This document shows, in pieces, positions 12,101 through 22,600 of a DNA stretch of 64,000 nucleotides. Positions within the stretch are counted from its first letter, which is position 1; each line of letters starts with the position of its first letter. The DNA is taken from the NCBI GenBank assembly GCA_965226585.1, contig OZ245366.1, positions 1,216,001-1,280,000 on the forward strand, in the 5' to 3' direction. Under the pieces are notes generated by a model, which saw nothing but the letters and a program-made list of their open reading frames with translations, did not search any database and had not been told where the DNA came from. Both the position numbers and the translations under genes were made by a program. The stretch comes from Thermodesulfobacteriota bacterium (GTDB lineage Bacteria > Desulfobacterota_D > UBA1144 > Nemesobacterales > Mycalebacteriaceae).

Positions 12101-13269
12101 GCAAGGGAGTTGTTGCGTCCGGCAATTTGCATTCCGTAATCGGTGGTGTTTGCCTCAAACTCAATTTTTCCGGAGTCTGAAGCGAGATCCGCCATTGTGC
12201 TGTCTCTGGCTGTTCCCTGCATTGTGAACGCGCTGTTGCCGCCGAAGACAACTTTTATCCCGCCGTTGGTTGTTCTTGCGCGAACACCGGTTGCCCCAGC
12301 CGCCTGACTTGCGTCTCCTCCGGCTCTGAAACGAAAAGGTCCGGGGTCTGATGCATCCATTGACCCGCCTGTGCCTATGATGGAGATATCCACATTTCCG
12401 GCGCCTGTTAGCGCCTCAATGCCTATGCCGCCTCCCGCCAGAACGAATCCGCCGGTTGTAAGTGTTTTTCCGTTAATGGTAATGTCGCCGCCGCCCGTGC
12501 TGTTGGCGTAAATTCCGACCGCGCCTTTCTCGTTCGCGGCTATCACTGATGTGGTATTCATGTTCACATCTATACTTCCCGCGCCTGAGTATGCTTCAAT
12601 TCCGTAACTTCTTACTATCGGTGTTGCTGATCCGGCATCGCCGGGGATTGTTTCGACACCTCCGGCTGTTCCGCCGCTAACGATAATCTTCGCGGCATCC
12701 CCCACCGATGTTGACGAACTTGAGAGTGTTATTTCAACATTTCCGGTGCTGTCTAAGCCGTTGGCTTTTATTGAAGTGCTTCCCCCTCTCCGCGTCCGCA
12801 AAACCACTTCGTCCCGAATATCTATGTCAATATCTCCCGCGCCCGCGCTCTTGGCTGACAGCAGTATGGTGTTCAAGTAATCATTGCCGCCGTCAAAGGT
12901 TTCTGAGTCAAACATGTCAACAGTCGCGGTTGTGCCCGCTTCAACATACAGAAGTGTGCGGTCATCCCCGCCCGGGCGAATGGTAGAGGCGGATGTGCCG
13001 GATGAGTTGTAAAGCTTAAGGGTTGCCGTTCCGCCGGATGAGATGACATTGAAAACAGCGCTGGTGAACTCGTAATCTCCCGCTGTAAATCCTGTGGCTC
13101 CGCCGTCAACAGTCATAGTTGCGTCTGTTGCGTTGCTACACAGAATTGAGGCGTTTGCGAATGTTTGCGCGCCGCAAGTTGCCTGCGCCCGCGCGCTTTC
13201 CGCGAAGGAGATTGTGAGGATGAAAAGAAGCGTTAAGACTGCTGTTCCGAAACGGCTTTTTTTGTGCAT
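6151..13269 (-). CDS. Giant autotransporter-like protein (2372 aa)
   Basis: Signal peptide, N-terminal Cys pair, G/S/T-rich beta-solenoid repeats (SGDITVTV-like), GxGxD motifs, C-terminal amphipathic beta-strands ending VNIAF. Confidence 0.88.
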   Translation of the reverse strand: MHKKSRFGTAVLTLLFILTISFAESARAQATCGAQTFANASILCSNATDATMTVDGGATGFTAGDYEFTSAVFNVISSGGTATLKLYNSSGTSASTIRPGGDDRTLLYVEAGTTATVDMFDSETFDGGNDYLNTILLSAKSAGAGDIDIDIRDEVVLRTRRGGSTSIKANGLDSTGNVEITLSSSSTSVGDAAKIIVSGGTAGGVETIPGDAGSATPIVRSYGIEAYSGAGSIDVNMNTTSVIAANEKGAVGIYANSTGGGDITINGKTLTTGGFVLAGGGIGIEALTGAGNVDISIIGTGGSMDASDPGPFRFRAGGDASQAAGATGVRARTTNGGIKVVFGGNSAFTMQGTARDSTMADLASDSGKIEFEANTTDYGMQIAGRNNSLAKLSSVSGEIYANIHGFVAIANEGNGIVADSATGSIDVNLREGVGGVSTLVRFNASSGSDGGGGTNGIVASVGTGGVANIIVADDSVMERVEATIRGVTTFINANTTGGEVNVNITDSAVLRSSATNVSGVKARADGGTVNIKFDSTGSSVLSGANSKLISATATGAGVINVNVTGTVGVTGANSILADLSSASGKITADLINVRSTGIETSAVTAVSGSGEIDVTVDGGTMALSSTNDGDGLFNLTSSSGDVKFTVKGATFLSSTGGTLGGFARSTNVVKIGAGGGATVNITNSGGSGAFSLVSSSHGGSAIDVKADSNIEFYASGTASTGGFSTITASGGSDTVAVSLDSNGGPIDIQITNRVQIQTTNTESGRIAVDAYVDRGTSTGTISFLLDRGSEVLTSGADSVAVQLETRGGGDVTATVNGRIGTGTGSGTTGVSAKAGVGARGSDSDDGDIIFSMQQHGDIVAGGANQNGVHLRSGAGDITASIGGGTLSADGAGATALKAESASGDITVTVSGGAQFGRSQDTAAWNGIDVTTTSATDGEGDVTITFDSTRAVTGTSSASGASDIVKASTSAGDVVMDIFKAVSARGARAFNLTTVTGDINVQVNGTDASVSSTGDSTGIMTSTSGSITFNVVEGGEFSGSGVTATTGGAGTIDMKLDDFSGSGITTTTSGTGATDIDLDGFSGSGIAATATGAGTIDINLLDSGAGTTSDSFVKASSGSGNVNVVFDAGLTTNALTLTGAAAGENLFDIATTSGEVNFKLDGQMILRALSDNTNIVSIRSGGGATVNISNSTGSGTFLITASGAGGKVVDVDAADAVTFYADGTFTTAGLSEITSTSGTAIELSSNSGGVEVRIANRVQVQTVGTTAARRAVDAIARGGGDLSFLLGERSVIRAPGAGAGSQAVRLVTAGGGDISAVVNGLIAVGRFGTGSTTFFAEAVAAGDVGLDMLQHGEIVAEGASQNGVHLKSGAGDITASISGGTLTARGAGATALKAESASGDITITVSGGAQLGRAQDTAAWSGINATTTSGTDGDGNITITFDSTREATGTIDPTATFVRAETGAGDVRLNINSYVDARRSRPFFLASPLNFPQGGGAPTGGSGDIHVQVNGADAVLHMTDLGGAASGGYMQSFTGDISFNVVEGGTFNGSGILATTFDGTVSMDLTGGINPLQMGLNDFITAISSGPNGGIGVNLASDVLQGDTAAGALFTFTTAAGDVVFNVTDAQLEAALGNQLKITTVDGDIEATLAGDSTHVWSGYSESSLPIDLESTNGDIEFSVDGGMRINGYSLSSGEGNTVSAVVTTGGGSVEVVVDGGSDINGVERSDTAAGAVSTATAISARAEGGGSVTVTVEGTSSDTAEIHTTADAISIFADGGGASVTLNEYTNISGGTASLRVDKGSGSGTFSPISVAGNLSGDVFINGGGEAEFTIAATGNVIGDFTSGMGREIFINTGTFTGDFDMGAGNDEFQYQSGNFSVEEGKTYELGAGVDTFIVAEDLIFEGGLITGLGSFSVEGAINLEAITQEDAEDPDKALLSFCDADDLNCNKVTADDLSIFGKDEDGDGEGDEDTGIITGDDALPLYHFITAESVPEDKTVLQAVLDKLTFALDKGIAVQDRTSKNIILLTALLTGNDLLTYEPLVQTGWYSIRGFGKQLTGACGTGASYELEGGDGCVWASYGQRFTSQNTNYDYDGDDTFNPFEANYKYDDSSSMFTAGVQMPFDLVRITVAAGYESSSSDSMRDNYDQSMRLAASGEGDRFMAGISATRNVWWLLDVDVRAQVGHTEWESTRHNDFEEVYRAKPDLRTASGSAAVQAPIYFLDAVVVPRLELGAAYFTINEFSEIGPVDSFGRMTVREMRQLTAYVNPSVELHYPAPDKRGVNDISGYLRAGADLLGDWGKNEWTGTDPDLRDEEFDIEGTIDPIIFDYGAGVSWIAGESRRFEFKLDYGGGFGGFWGDTLVNEVKGSVNIAF

Positions 13270-13403
13270 AAAATTTCTCTCCCGATTGTTGACGCCTTAA
13301 AAGATTATGAGACGGCGTTTAAGCGTAAATATACACGCCCCCGCTCTGATATTTCAAGCATTGTTTGAGGAATTATATTGGGTGTAAAAAAAAGGGGAAT
13401 GGC

Positions 13404-14236
13404 GGGAGGGGGCAGAATGACACTTCTCTATTCCGTCATTCCGTGCTTGACACGGAATCCAGTATTCAACCGGTTAAGTAATACTGGATTCCTGCTTTCG
13501 CAGGAATGACGGAAGGGCAGAATGACACTTCTCTATTCCGTCATTCCGTGCTTGACACGGAATCCAGTATTCAACTGGTTAAGTAATACTGGATTCCTGC
13601 TTTCGCAGGAATGACGGAAGGGCAGGAATGACACTTCTCTATTCCGTCATTCCGTGCTTGACACGGAATCCAGTATTCAACTGGTTAAGAAATACTGGAT
13701 TCCTGCTTTCGCAGGAATGACGGGAGGGGGCAGAATGACTCTTCTCTATTCCGTCATTCCGTGCTTGACACGGAATCCAGTATTCAACTGGTTAAGTAAT
13801 ACTGGATTCCTGCTTTCGCAGGAATGACGGAAGGGGGCAACGGAATGACGGAGAGAGGCAACAGAATGACACTTCTCTATTCCGTCATTCCGTGCTTGAC
13901 ACGGAATCCAGTATTCAACTGGTTAATTAATACTGGATTCCTGCTTTCGCAGGAATGACGGGAGGGGGCAGAATGACACTTCTCTATTCCGTCATTCCGT
14001 GCTTGACACGGAATCCAGTATTCAACCGGTTAAGTAATACTGGATTCCTGCTTTCGCAGGAATGACGGGAGGGGGCAACGGAATGACGGAGAGAGGCAAC
14101 AGAATGACACTTCTCTATTCCGTCATTCCGTGCTTGACACGGAATCCAGTATTCAACTGGTTAAGTAATACTGGATTCCTGCTTTCGCAGGAATGACGGG
14201 AGGGGGCAGAATGACGGAAGGGCAGAATGACGGGGA
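13404..14236. repeat. Tandem array of seven 78-bp CGTC palindromic elements (unit about 105-131 bp)
   Basis: Elements start at about 13434, 13539, 13645, 13752, 13883, 13990 and 14121, joined by a near-constant linker ggcagaatgacacttctctattc. Confidence 0.93.
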
Positions 14237-14244
14237 TGGGGCGT

Positions 14245-15288
14245 TCAAAACGCAAAATTGAACTTTGCGGTCAAACTGTTGACCACAGTGTCCAAACTCT
14301 TGGATATACCGCCGTCATAATCAAGGCGAAACTCCATTCTTCCTTTCCAGAAGTGAACCGCGCTTACTCCCAGTCCGTAGTCAAACATTACGCGCTCAAG
14401 GGTTCCTTTTGTTCTTAAACGCGAGCCGTCCACCTCGCCGCGCAGGTTGGACTTGGCGGGAAATATCACTATGTCCGCGCCAAAATTTGCCGATACGCTT
14501 ATCAACGTCTCCATAAAACTCGTTATTGAATGATACGCCGAAAATGACGGCGCGATATACACAACCGCATGCCCGGAGTTGTCAACCGAGAGAGCGGCAT
14601 CATCAGAACCCGCAAGGGTAACCTCGCCCAAACCGTCAAGGGCAAGATATACAACACCCGTTTCAAAACGCGGGGCGAATGAAAACCTGTCATCGCCGAA
14701 AGCCCTCTGAACCGCTCCAACCGCCGCCCATGTTCGCACATCGTTAAGACCGCGATACCTGTTGCCCGTTTCGCTTCGGGTCATATCCCATTCCGTTTGC
14801 GTGAGAGAAATACGGAAATCCGCGTCCACTATGTTTGCCACCGGAAAGGCGGCGGTGATTGCCGCGAGATAACGGCTTGCGTCTGCGTCCGCTTTTGTGG
14901 CGGTTCCGCGACCGGCAACGTCAAGGTCAAAATCCAGAATTTCGTAACCAATGCCGAAAGTAACCGCCGCCCAAGGCAGGGGAAACTGAACGCCGCCGTT
15001 AAAGGTGTAGGCGTCTTCGTTCCAGTTTAGGGTTTTTTCGTGTTTTGAAATCCGCGCTCCGCCGCCCGCCCATACGCAGATGCCGGTTTTAAGTTCCGCG
15101 CTTTCCCCCATTCCGCAACCGTCAAGCAGGGAAACGCCGAATTGTCTGTCTGAGTGGTAGCCCGATTGGACAAAGGCGTCATAGAGCAGAAGCCCTCCTT
15201 CATCGCCGCTTGCGGGGGCTGTGTGGATTAAGGTTGTAAAAATAAGCGCGAGGAGCGCAACTCCGAAAGAGGTGTCAAAACGCAACAT
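14245..15288 (-). CDS. Stand-alone autotransporter beta-domain (outer membrane barrel) protein without passenger
   Basis: Likely ATG at 15288 (GAGG upstream, overlaps the upstream gene's stop). Signal peptide is followed directly by the LLYDAFVQSGY..GC..CVW motif shared with the barrels of the giant paralogs; ends FNFAF. Confidence 0.82.
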   Translation of the reverse strand: MLRFDTSFGVALLALIFTTLIHTAPASGDEGGLLLYDAFVQSGYHSDRQFGVSLLDGCGMGESAELKTGICVWAGGGARISKHEKTLNWNEDAYTFNGGVQFPLPWAAVTFGIGYEILDFDLDVAGRGTATKADADASRYLAAITAAFPVANIVDADFRISLTQTEWDMTRSETGNRYRGLNDVRTWAAVGAVQRAFGDDRFSFAPRFETGVVYLALDGLGEVTLAGSDDAALSVDNSGHAVVYIAPSFSAYHSITSFMETLISVSANFGADIVIFPAKSNLRGEVDGSRLRTKGTLERVMFDYGLGVSAVHFWKGRMEFRLDYDGGISKSLDTVVNSLTAKFNFAF

Positions 15289-16330
15289 TAACTCTGCCTC
15301 TGAACCCGTGCACGAAAGTCTCAAACGAAGAACTCGCGCTGCCGTCATATTCAAACCGCAGGTTCACCCTGCCGCCTTCATCGGCTACAAAATTCATTCC
15401 CAAGCCGTAGTCATACATTACGCGCTCAATTGTTCCGTTTGCTCTGAGAGAATCGCCTCCGGCGGCGGCTCCCTTCCAGCGGGTTTCAGGGTAGTAAGTG
15501 GAAAGTATCTGCGCCCCGGCTTTGCCGAAAAGATTCATGAAATCCGTTACGGGGTACTCAATGCCAAGCGAAGGGTTCAGGTATATCAAAAACTCACTCG
15601 TGTCTTCAAATGTAATGGCATTGTCCGCATCAGAACTTCCTTCCGCTTCCTCGCTGAAAGCGTCAACGGAAAGGTATGCCATTCCGATTTCAAAACGCGG
15701 GACCAAAACAAAGTCTCCCGCGAGAACGGGTTTTTCCACCCCGCCCGCGATTGACACGGTTCTCAAATCAGGCGATGCCGTGTAAGAGTCGCTTCCCGAT
15801 GCGCGGCGGGTGTCCATTTCGGTTTGCGCTATTTGAATACGCATATCCGCGTCCATAGTGTTCAGGATGTATCTTGTGCCTTGTATTCCGGCGATAAATC
15901 TGTCTGTTGTCAGCCCGGCTTTGTCGGCTTGTCCGACTGCTTCAGAGTCAAAGTTTGAGGATTCGTAGGAGATGCCGAAATCTATTTCCGCGAAAGAAAA
16001 TGGCGCGGAAACTCCGCCGGTGAATGAGTAGGCGTCTTCGTCGTATTCAAGCGAGGTGTTGTGGCGTGTGTATCTTGCGCCGGCTGAACCCCAGACGCAC
16101 AATCCGCCGCCCATAAAACCTGTTTCGTCTGTTTCTGTGTCAGCTCCGGCGAGACAGCCGGATTTAAGTCTGCTTCCGAAAGCGGAGTCAGCATAAAACC
16201 CTGATTGTATGAGAGGGTCATAGACAAGCAGTTCGCCGTCTTGAGTCTGAGCCGCCGAGTTATGGGCGGCGAACCCGATTACAAGCAAAAGAAGGGCGAT
16301 TATCGCGCCGTTTAGCCGAAAAGAAATCAT
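15275..16330 (-). CDS. Stand-alone autotransporter beta-domain protein without passenger
   Basis: Likely ATG at 16330 (MISFRLNG..AAQ signal peptide), then LLVYDPLIQSGF..GC..CVW and YDEDAYSFTGG; ends VNVAF. Confidence 0.82.
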   Translation of the reverse strand: MISFRLNGAIIALLLLVIGFAAHNSAAQTQDGELLVYDPLIQSGFYADSAFGSRLKSGCLAGADTETDETGFMGGGLCVWGSAGARYTRHNTSLEYDEDAYSFTGGVSAPFSFAEIDFGISYESSNFDSEAVGQADKAGLTTDRFIAGIQGTRYILNTMDADMRIQIAQTEMDTRRASGSDSYTASPDLRTVSIAGGVEKPVLAGDFVLVPRFEIGMAYLSVDAFSEEAEGSSDADNAITFEDTSEFLIYLNPSLGIEYPVTDFMNLFGKAGAQILSTYYPETRWKGAAAGGDSLRANGTIERVMYDYGLGMNFVADEGGRVNLRFEYDGSASSSFETFVHGFRGRVNVAF

Positions 16331-16418
16331 AATGAGAGTTTCTCCTGCGAGAGTGGTTGCCAATTTTCGCCTAAAAAGAGGCGAATATCAAGGGGAAATG
16401 TGGAAATACAACCTTCCC

Positions 16419-16622
16419 CCGCCATTCCGTTGCCTCCCTCCGTCATTCCGTTGCCTACCCTCCCTCATTCCGTTGCCTCCCTTCCGTCATTCCTGCGGAA
16501 GCAGGAATCCAGTATTGGTTAACCAGTTGAATACTGGATTCCGTGTCAAGCACGGAATGACGGAAGGGAGACAAGCGCGGAATGACGTGGGTGGCGTGTG
16601 TCAACAAGCACGGAATGACGGA
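16419..16622. repeat. CGTC palindromic element (16485-16562) with flanking cattccgttgcc satellite units
   Basis: Direct match to the other copies. Confidence 0.9.
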
Positions 16623-16647
16623 ATTGGGAAGTGAAGGACGGCGGTTA

Positions 16648-19600
16648 CTAAAACGCCAGGTTTAGCCTTCCGGTGAAGGAGTGCACAAACGTTTTGAATG
16701 AAGAACTCATCCCGCCGTCATATTCAAAACTCGCGCTCACTGCTCCGGCGCCGTCAGATGAGAAATTAAACTCCATTCCGCCGCCGTAGGTGTGGGTGGA
16801 ACGCTCAAGGGTTCCGTCAACCTGTGTGGGGTCGTCTTTTATCTTTAACAGCGACTCATGCGTCTTGTTCAAAAGTATGTTGCTTCCGGCTTTTGCCCAC
16901 ACATCCACAAACTGCTGGGCGGGGTAGCGGAACTCTATTGACGGGGCGGTGAAGATAAACAACTTGTTCTCACCCTCAACGGCTATGCCGTCAAATCCGC
17001 TCTCTGTTATTGAATCCATCGCAACATGCGATAATCCCAACTCAAGGCGCGGAGTTATGTAAATCCCGCCCACTACTGACACTCTTTCAATTCCTGCGGT
17101 TGATGACAACGCCCTCAAACGGGGAGACGAAACGGCTTCCTGCTGAACACGGTTTGATTCCACATCGGAACGGCCTACCTGAATCCCAATATCAGCAATG
17201 AAAAGATTGGCTACCGGTCTTGACGCGCCAACTCCCACCATAAAACGCTCAACTTCCGCTTTCGTTTTTACATCAGCGCCTCTCACGCCTATGTCAAAGT
17301 TTGATGTCTCATATCCGCCCGCGATGGTAACTCCCGCAATGGCAAACGGTATGGATATTCCGCCCGAAAAAGTGAAAACATCTTCCTTGTATTCAAGCGT
17401 CCGCTTGTGGCTCACACTCCGCGAGCCGGTTGTCGCCCATGCGCATCCGCCGCCCGCCATCTCTTCAACTTCGCCCTCTGTTGAACCGCAACGCCCTCTC
17501 AGTTTTGACGCGAATGCCCTGTCTGTGTGCCACGCCGATTGTATGAACGCATCGTAAGGCAGTAAGTTTCCGCCCGCTCCGCCCGGAGAAGCCAGACGGC
17601 TGAAACGTATCAGCAGGTCAAAGTCTTCATTAAATCTTGCCGAACCGCCGACTTTTGCCATTATGTTTGCGACCCTTGCCAGAACACTGTCGCGATTGCC
17701 GGAAGACAGAGACGCGGTTGTGTAAAGCGTGTAGTCAAGTTCCGTTGAGGCGTTGCTTGTTCCCATTATTGTCAAACTTGTTGCCAAGTCATCCGGTGAA
17801 ACCGCCGCGCCGAGGTTAAAAATTGTCGCCGCGCCCGCCACGGTTACGCCTTCAGAGTCCGCCGCCGGTGTGAAGTCAACCGCCAGTATGCTTTGTCCTC
17901 TGAACAACGCTCTTTCAAGACCTGTAATTGTGTCATCCGCGCTGACTGTAAGCGTTCCGGTGGTTTCAAACGTGTCTGCGCCCGCGCCGAAGTCTATAAC
18001 TCCCGCTCCCGCAAGCGTCAGCCTGCCATCGTTGTTGAAGGTGTCTGCGCCCGTGCCCATTTCCACCGTTGCGCCGCCGGGGGCAAGTGTCAAAACTCTT
18101 GAGCCAAGATTGTTGAAGGTGTCGTCTCCGCCTTTCATATCCACAACGCCCGTGAAGGTTCCGGTGTTGTTGAAGATGTCGCCGCTGCCTCCCATGTATG
18201 TGTCTCCGTCTATTTCGCCGTCATTTTGTATCTCGCCCGCGCCCGTTCCGGTCATGTTCACGGCAAACCAGGCTCCACTGACAAACGTGCCCGCGCCAAT
18301 CTCAAGTGTCATATTTCCGCCGTCTGATTTGGCGTATATCCCGCGCGTTCCGCGCGGTGTTGCGCCGTTGCCCGAAACGCGGCTTCCTGAACCGCTTAAT
18401 GTAATTGCCACATCTCCGCCGTCAGATTCGGCATATATTCCGTATGCTCTCGCGTCGCCCCTCGACTCGCCCCGGGCAGTTACATTCGCGCCGTTTGCCA
18501 CCGTAACACTCACATCTCCGCCTGTTGCGGTTGATGCGTTGACGGTTGCCGCTTCCTGGCTTACCGTCCACACTTCCGTGCCGGAAAGAACAAGGTTTGT
18601 TTCCACTCTAATCGCGTCTGCGCCGGGGCTGTTTGACCACACTTTCACATTGCCGACTGTTGCCGTTCCGCCAGCCGGGGCGAAAACACTTGCCACTTTC
18701 GCGGCTGATTGGATTGTTCCGTGTGTCCAAATCTCTCCCGTTCCGTCTCCCGTGATTGTAATATCCGCCGTGCGGGGAGCCACTGATGAAATCCCGTATC
18801 TTCCTGAGCCGCCGATTCCGGAGGTGGAGGCGCCGGCATCAGACCGCACTTTTCCGCCGCCCGTAATGCTCACCGTATCCGCTTCAATGGTGTTGCTTGT
18901 TCTTCCACTGCTCCACACCAGCGAGCCGCCGCTGACGGTAACTGTGCCCGCTCTGACAGCTTTTCCGCCGGCAACGGATTGCGCAGACACGATTGCGCCA
19001 CTGTAAATATCTGCGGTTTGCGCGATGATTGCCACGCCTCTTGGACCTCTTGCAATCACTCTTGAGTCGTCAACCACTACCCTTCCGGTTGCGTTTATGG
19101 TTGTGCCGTCTCCCGAAGAATGGGAATCCTTCCGCACTGTTGAGTCGCCGGTAACGTTCACAGACGCCGCCGCGATAACGTTGGTTGAGAAACCTGCCGT
19201 TGAAACCGTAGAGGCGTCAACATTCACGTGCCCTGTTGCATAGACCGATATGACTCTATCGGTAGCACTGTTGGACAAGACATTTGACCCGTCCGTGATA
19301 TCTACATTTCTCGCGTTGACTGTTATTCCGCGGGTTCCGGTTGTCCACACATTTGACCCGCTGATACTCACACTTGAGGTAGTCGCGTGGATGGCTCTTT
19401 TAGATCCATCCCCGTCAGCCCACACATTTGAGCCGGTAACATTTACATTTGTGCCATACGACCATAACGCCCAACCGTCTCTCGCCCACACCTGCGAATC
19501 GGTTATGTCCACGCCTGCCGCCCAAACGGCTATACCTTCTGATTCAGTCCGCACATTTGAACTGGTTATATTCACGTGTGCTGTTCGTCCCCTTATTGCC

Positions 19601-22600
19601 GTTGACGAACCGGTTCCACCCTGTACCCAAACATTGGAACCGGTAACATTCACAACTTGCCCCGACCCCGCTTCCGCGTTAATTGCCGCGCTGGTGTCGC
19701 CTCTTGCCCACACTGTTGAGCCGTTGAAAACTTCTATCGTTCGCCCTCTGATTCCGTCTGACCGTGCCGCGTTCCCCAACACATTTGCCCCGCTGATGAT
19801 TACTCTTCCCGCTTCCGCAACAATGGCTCCGGTTTGAGATATGTTTGTCCACACATTCGCGCTGTTGTGCACTTCCACCGTTCCGGTGGATGTAAAGATT
19901 CCGTCCGCCGTGCCGCCGTCCGACCACACACTTGAGTCGTCAACAAACACACTTCCTCTGAACGATGTAATGGCGGCGTTTGCCCCGCCGTTTGCCCATA
20001 CCATTGCCTTGTTGAATATCCGCGCCGTTTGCGCGTCCACGCCGTTTCCTGCCGATTCCGTCCAAACTTGCGCTCCGTTCACGGTTGCCGTTCCGGTGGC
20101 AAAAACCGCGCTGCTTGCCGCGCCGTTAATCCACACTTTCGCCCCGCTCACTATTTCCGCCGTTCCCGCCGCAACCGCGTCCATATCCGGGCCGCTTCCC
20201 TGCGCCCAAACCTCTGTGCCTGTGCCGTTGACCACCGCCAGAACAGTCGCGACAATCGCCGAGCCGCCATTTTCAACCGCCCAAACTTTTGCGCCGTTAT
20301 AGACGCGAGTCGTGTCCGCCGTTATCGCGTTGGTTATCCCTAAGGTGTTAGTCCACACTTGCGCGCCGCCGTCCACTATTGCGGTTGCCGCCCGTATCGC
20401 GTCCGTTCCGTTGTGTGTCCACACTTGGGAAGAGGAGTTGATGAAAGCGGATTGCGCTATAACGGCTCTGCTTCCCGCGCCGTTTGACCATACTTTAGAA
20501 CTGCTTTCGGTTACCGTTTTAGTTCCGTTGATTGCTTCTCCGGTCTCGCCTTCCGCCCAAACTTCGGAGCCGGTAACGGTTGCCTCGCCTGAGGTAATGG
20601 CGATGCTGTTCTCGCCTTCCGCCCAAACTTTTGAGCCGCTCCGAACCACCGTTCCGGTAGAGTTGATTGAGTTGCTGTCTATGCTCTCCGTCCACACTTC
20701 GGAACTGTCAACGGTTACGACTGAATCGGCGGAAGTGGCGGAAATCGCGTTGCTTGTTGAGCCGTTTGCCCAAACCTTCGCGCCGTCTATAATTCTCACA
20801 TCAGCCGTAATAGCGGATGAAAAATCTCTCGCCCTGATTGATGATGAAGTGCCGCCTTCCGACCACACTTCCGAGTTTCTGACGGTTACAACCCGTCCGG
20901 TGATCGCGCTACTGCTTACGCCGTTCGCCCATACCTTTGCGCCATTGGTAACGGTAACTCCGAGGGAGGCGGTGGCCGGGATGGTATCCTGAATTGATAT
21001 GGAACTGCCGCCTTCCGTCCACACTTCCGCGCCGTTGACGATTATGTCATTTCCGGCGACCGCTCTGCTTCGGCTTCCGTTTGACCATACTTTCGCGCCG
21101 TTTTCAATAGTTGCTCTCTCGAAAACTACGACTGCGTTGGTGTCTGCGCCTAATGTCCACACATTTGAGCCGTTGACGATTACACCACTGCCGCCGCCCC
21201 CGGTAATGGCGCTGGCTCTTATCATGTTTGCCCACACATTTGAGCCGTTGTAGATTCCCGTGGTTCCTCTGCCGATTGCAAGCGCGGCGTAGCCCACAGC
21301 GTCTGTCCATATATCGGAGTTGTCAACGGTTGCCGTTTGCGCCCTCAAAGCCGTGCGGCTACTGCGGTTAGACCACACCTTGGATTCGTTGAAAATATCC
21401 ACATGGCTTGCTCTCGCGACTATTCCGTTCGCGTCTGTTCCTTCCGCCCACACCTGCGAGCCGTTGACGGTTACACTGCCCGCTCTGAATTCGGTTACAG
21501 TAATGGCTGAGCCGCCCGTGCCGTTAGCCCATACTTTCGCGTTGTTTTCAACATCCACACTCGCGCCGCTGATTAATCTGATTGCGTCACGGATTGCGCC
21601 TTCCCTCCACACTTCCGCGTTGTTGACTTTTACGGATGACGTGCTTCCGGTCGCGTAAAGAGCTTCGGATGAACTGCCGTTAGACCATACTTTCGCGCCG
21701 TTTTCTACGATTATCTCGCCGCCGTCTCTCGTATATACCGTCCAACCGCTGCCGCCGGTAGTCCATACCTCTGTGCCACTGCCGTTGACTCTTACATCAG
21801 AGCCGCCGCGTGTTTCAATTGCTGTGGCGGCGATAGTGTTAGCCCAAACTTTTGACCCGTTGTACACGCTCACCGAACCCCCGCCGAGTGAAAGGGCTGC
21901 ATAAGAGCCGGCCGCCGCCGACCAAACCTCTGTGCCCGTGCCGTCAACGGTTACGGTGCTTGAGTTAATGGTTACCGCGCTCGCGCCGTTAGACCAAACT
22001 TTTGACCCGCCGTACACACCCACACCCACAGAGCCTGAACTGCCGATTGTCTGAGAGGGCGCGCCCGCACCGCCGCCTTGCGTCCATACGTTTGACCCGC
22101 CGTTGATTGTTACGGTTGTAGCGTTAATGGCTTGCGATGATGTGCCGTTAGCCCATACCTCGGAACCGTTGACGTTCACCTGCCTGCCGAGAATACCGTT
22201 GCTTCTGACTCCGTTTGCCCCAACCTTTGAGCCGTTCACAACATTCACCGTGCTTCCGGTCGCGTCTATTGCTTTACCGAAACTGCCGTTAGACCACACT
22301 TGCGAGCCGTTGATATCTACCCTGCCTCCGCCGGAGATTGCGCTAATGGCTGAACTGCTCGTGCTGCCGTCAGACCACACTTTCGCGTTGTTTTCAACAT
22401 CCACACTCGCCCCGCTGATTGATGTGATTGCTCTACTGCTTCCGCCGCTCTGCCACACTTCCGCGTTGTTGACTTTTACGGATGAACCGCTTCCGGACGC
22501 ATAAATGGTGTCTACTGCGGAACTGCCGTTAGACCAAACTTTCGCTTCGTTTTCTACGAGTATTTCACCGCCAAGTGTAAGTATTGTTGTTGTTCCGCTG

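Noticed and set aside
13404..14236. Possible CRISPR array (also 34125-34532)
   Set aside because: Units are over 100 bp, there are no unique spacers and no cas genes; these are tandem palindromic repeats.
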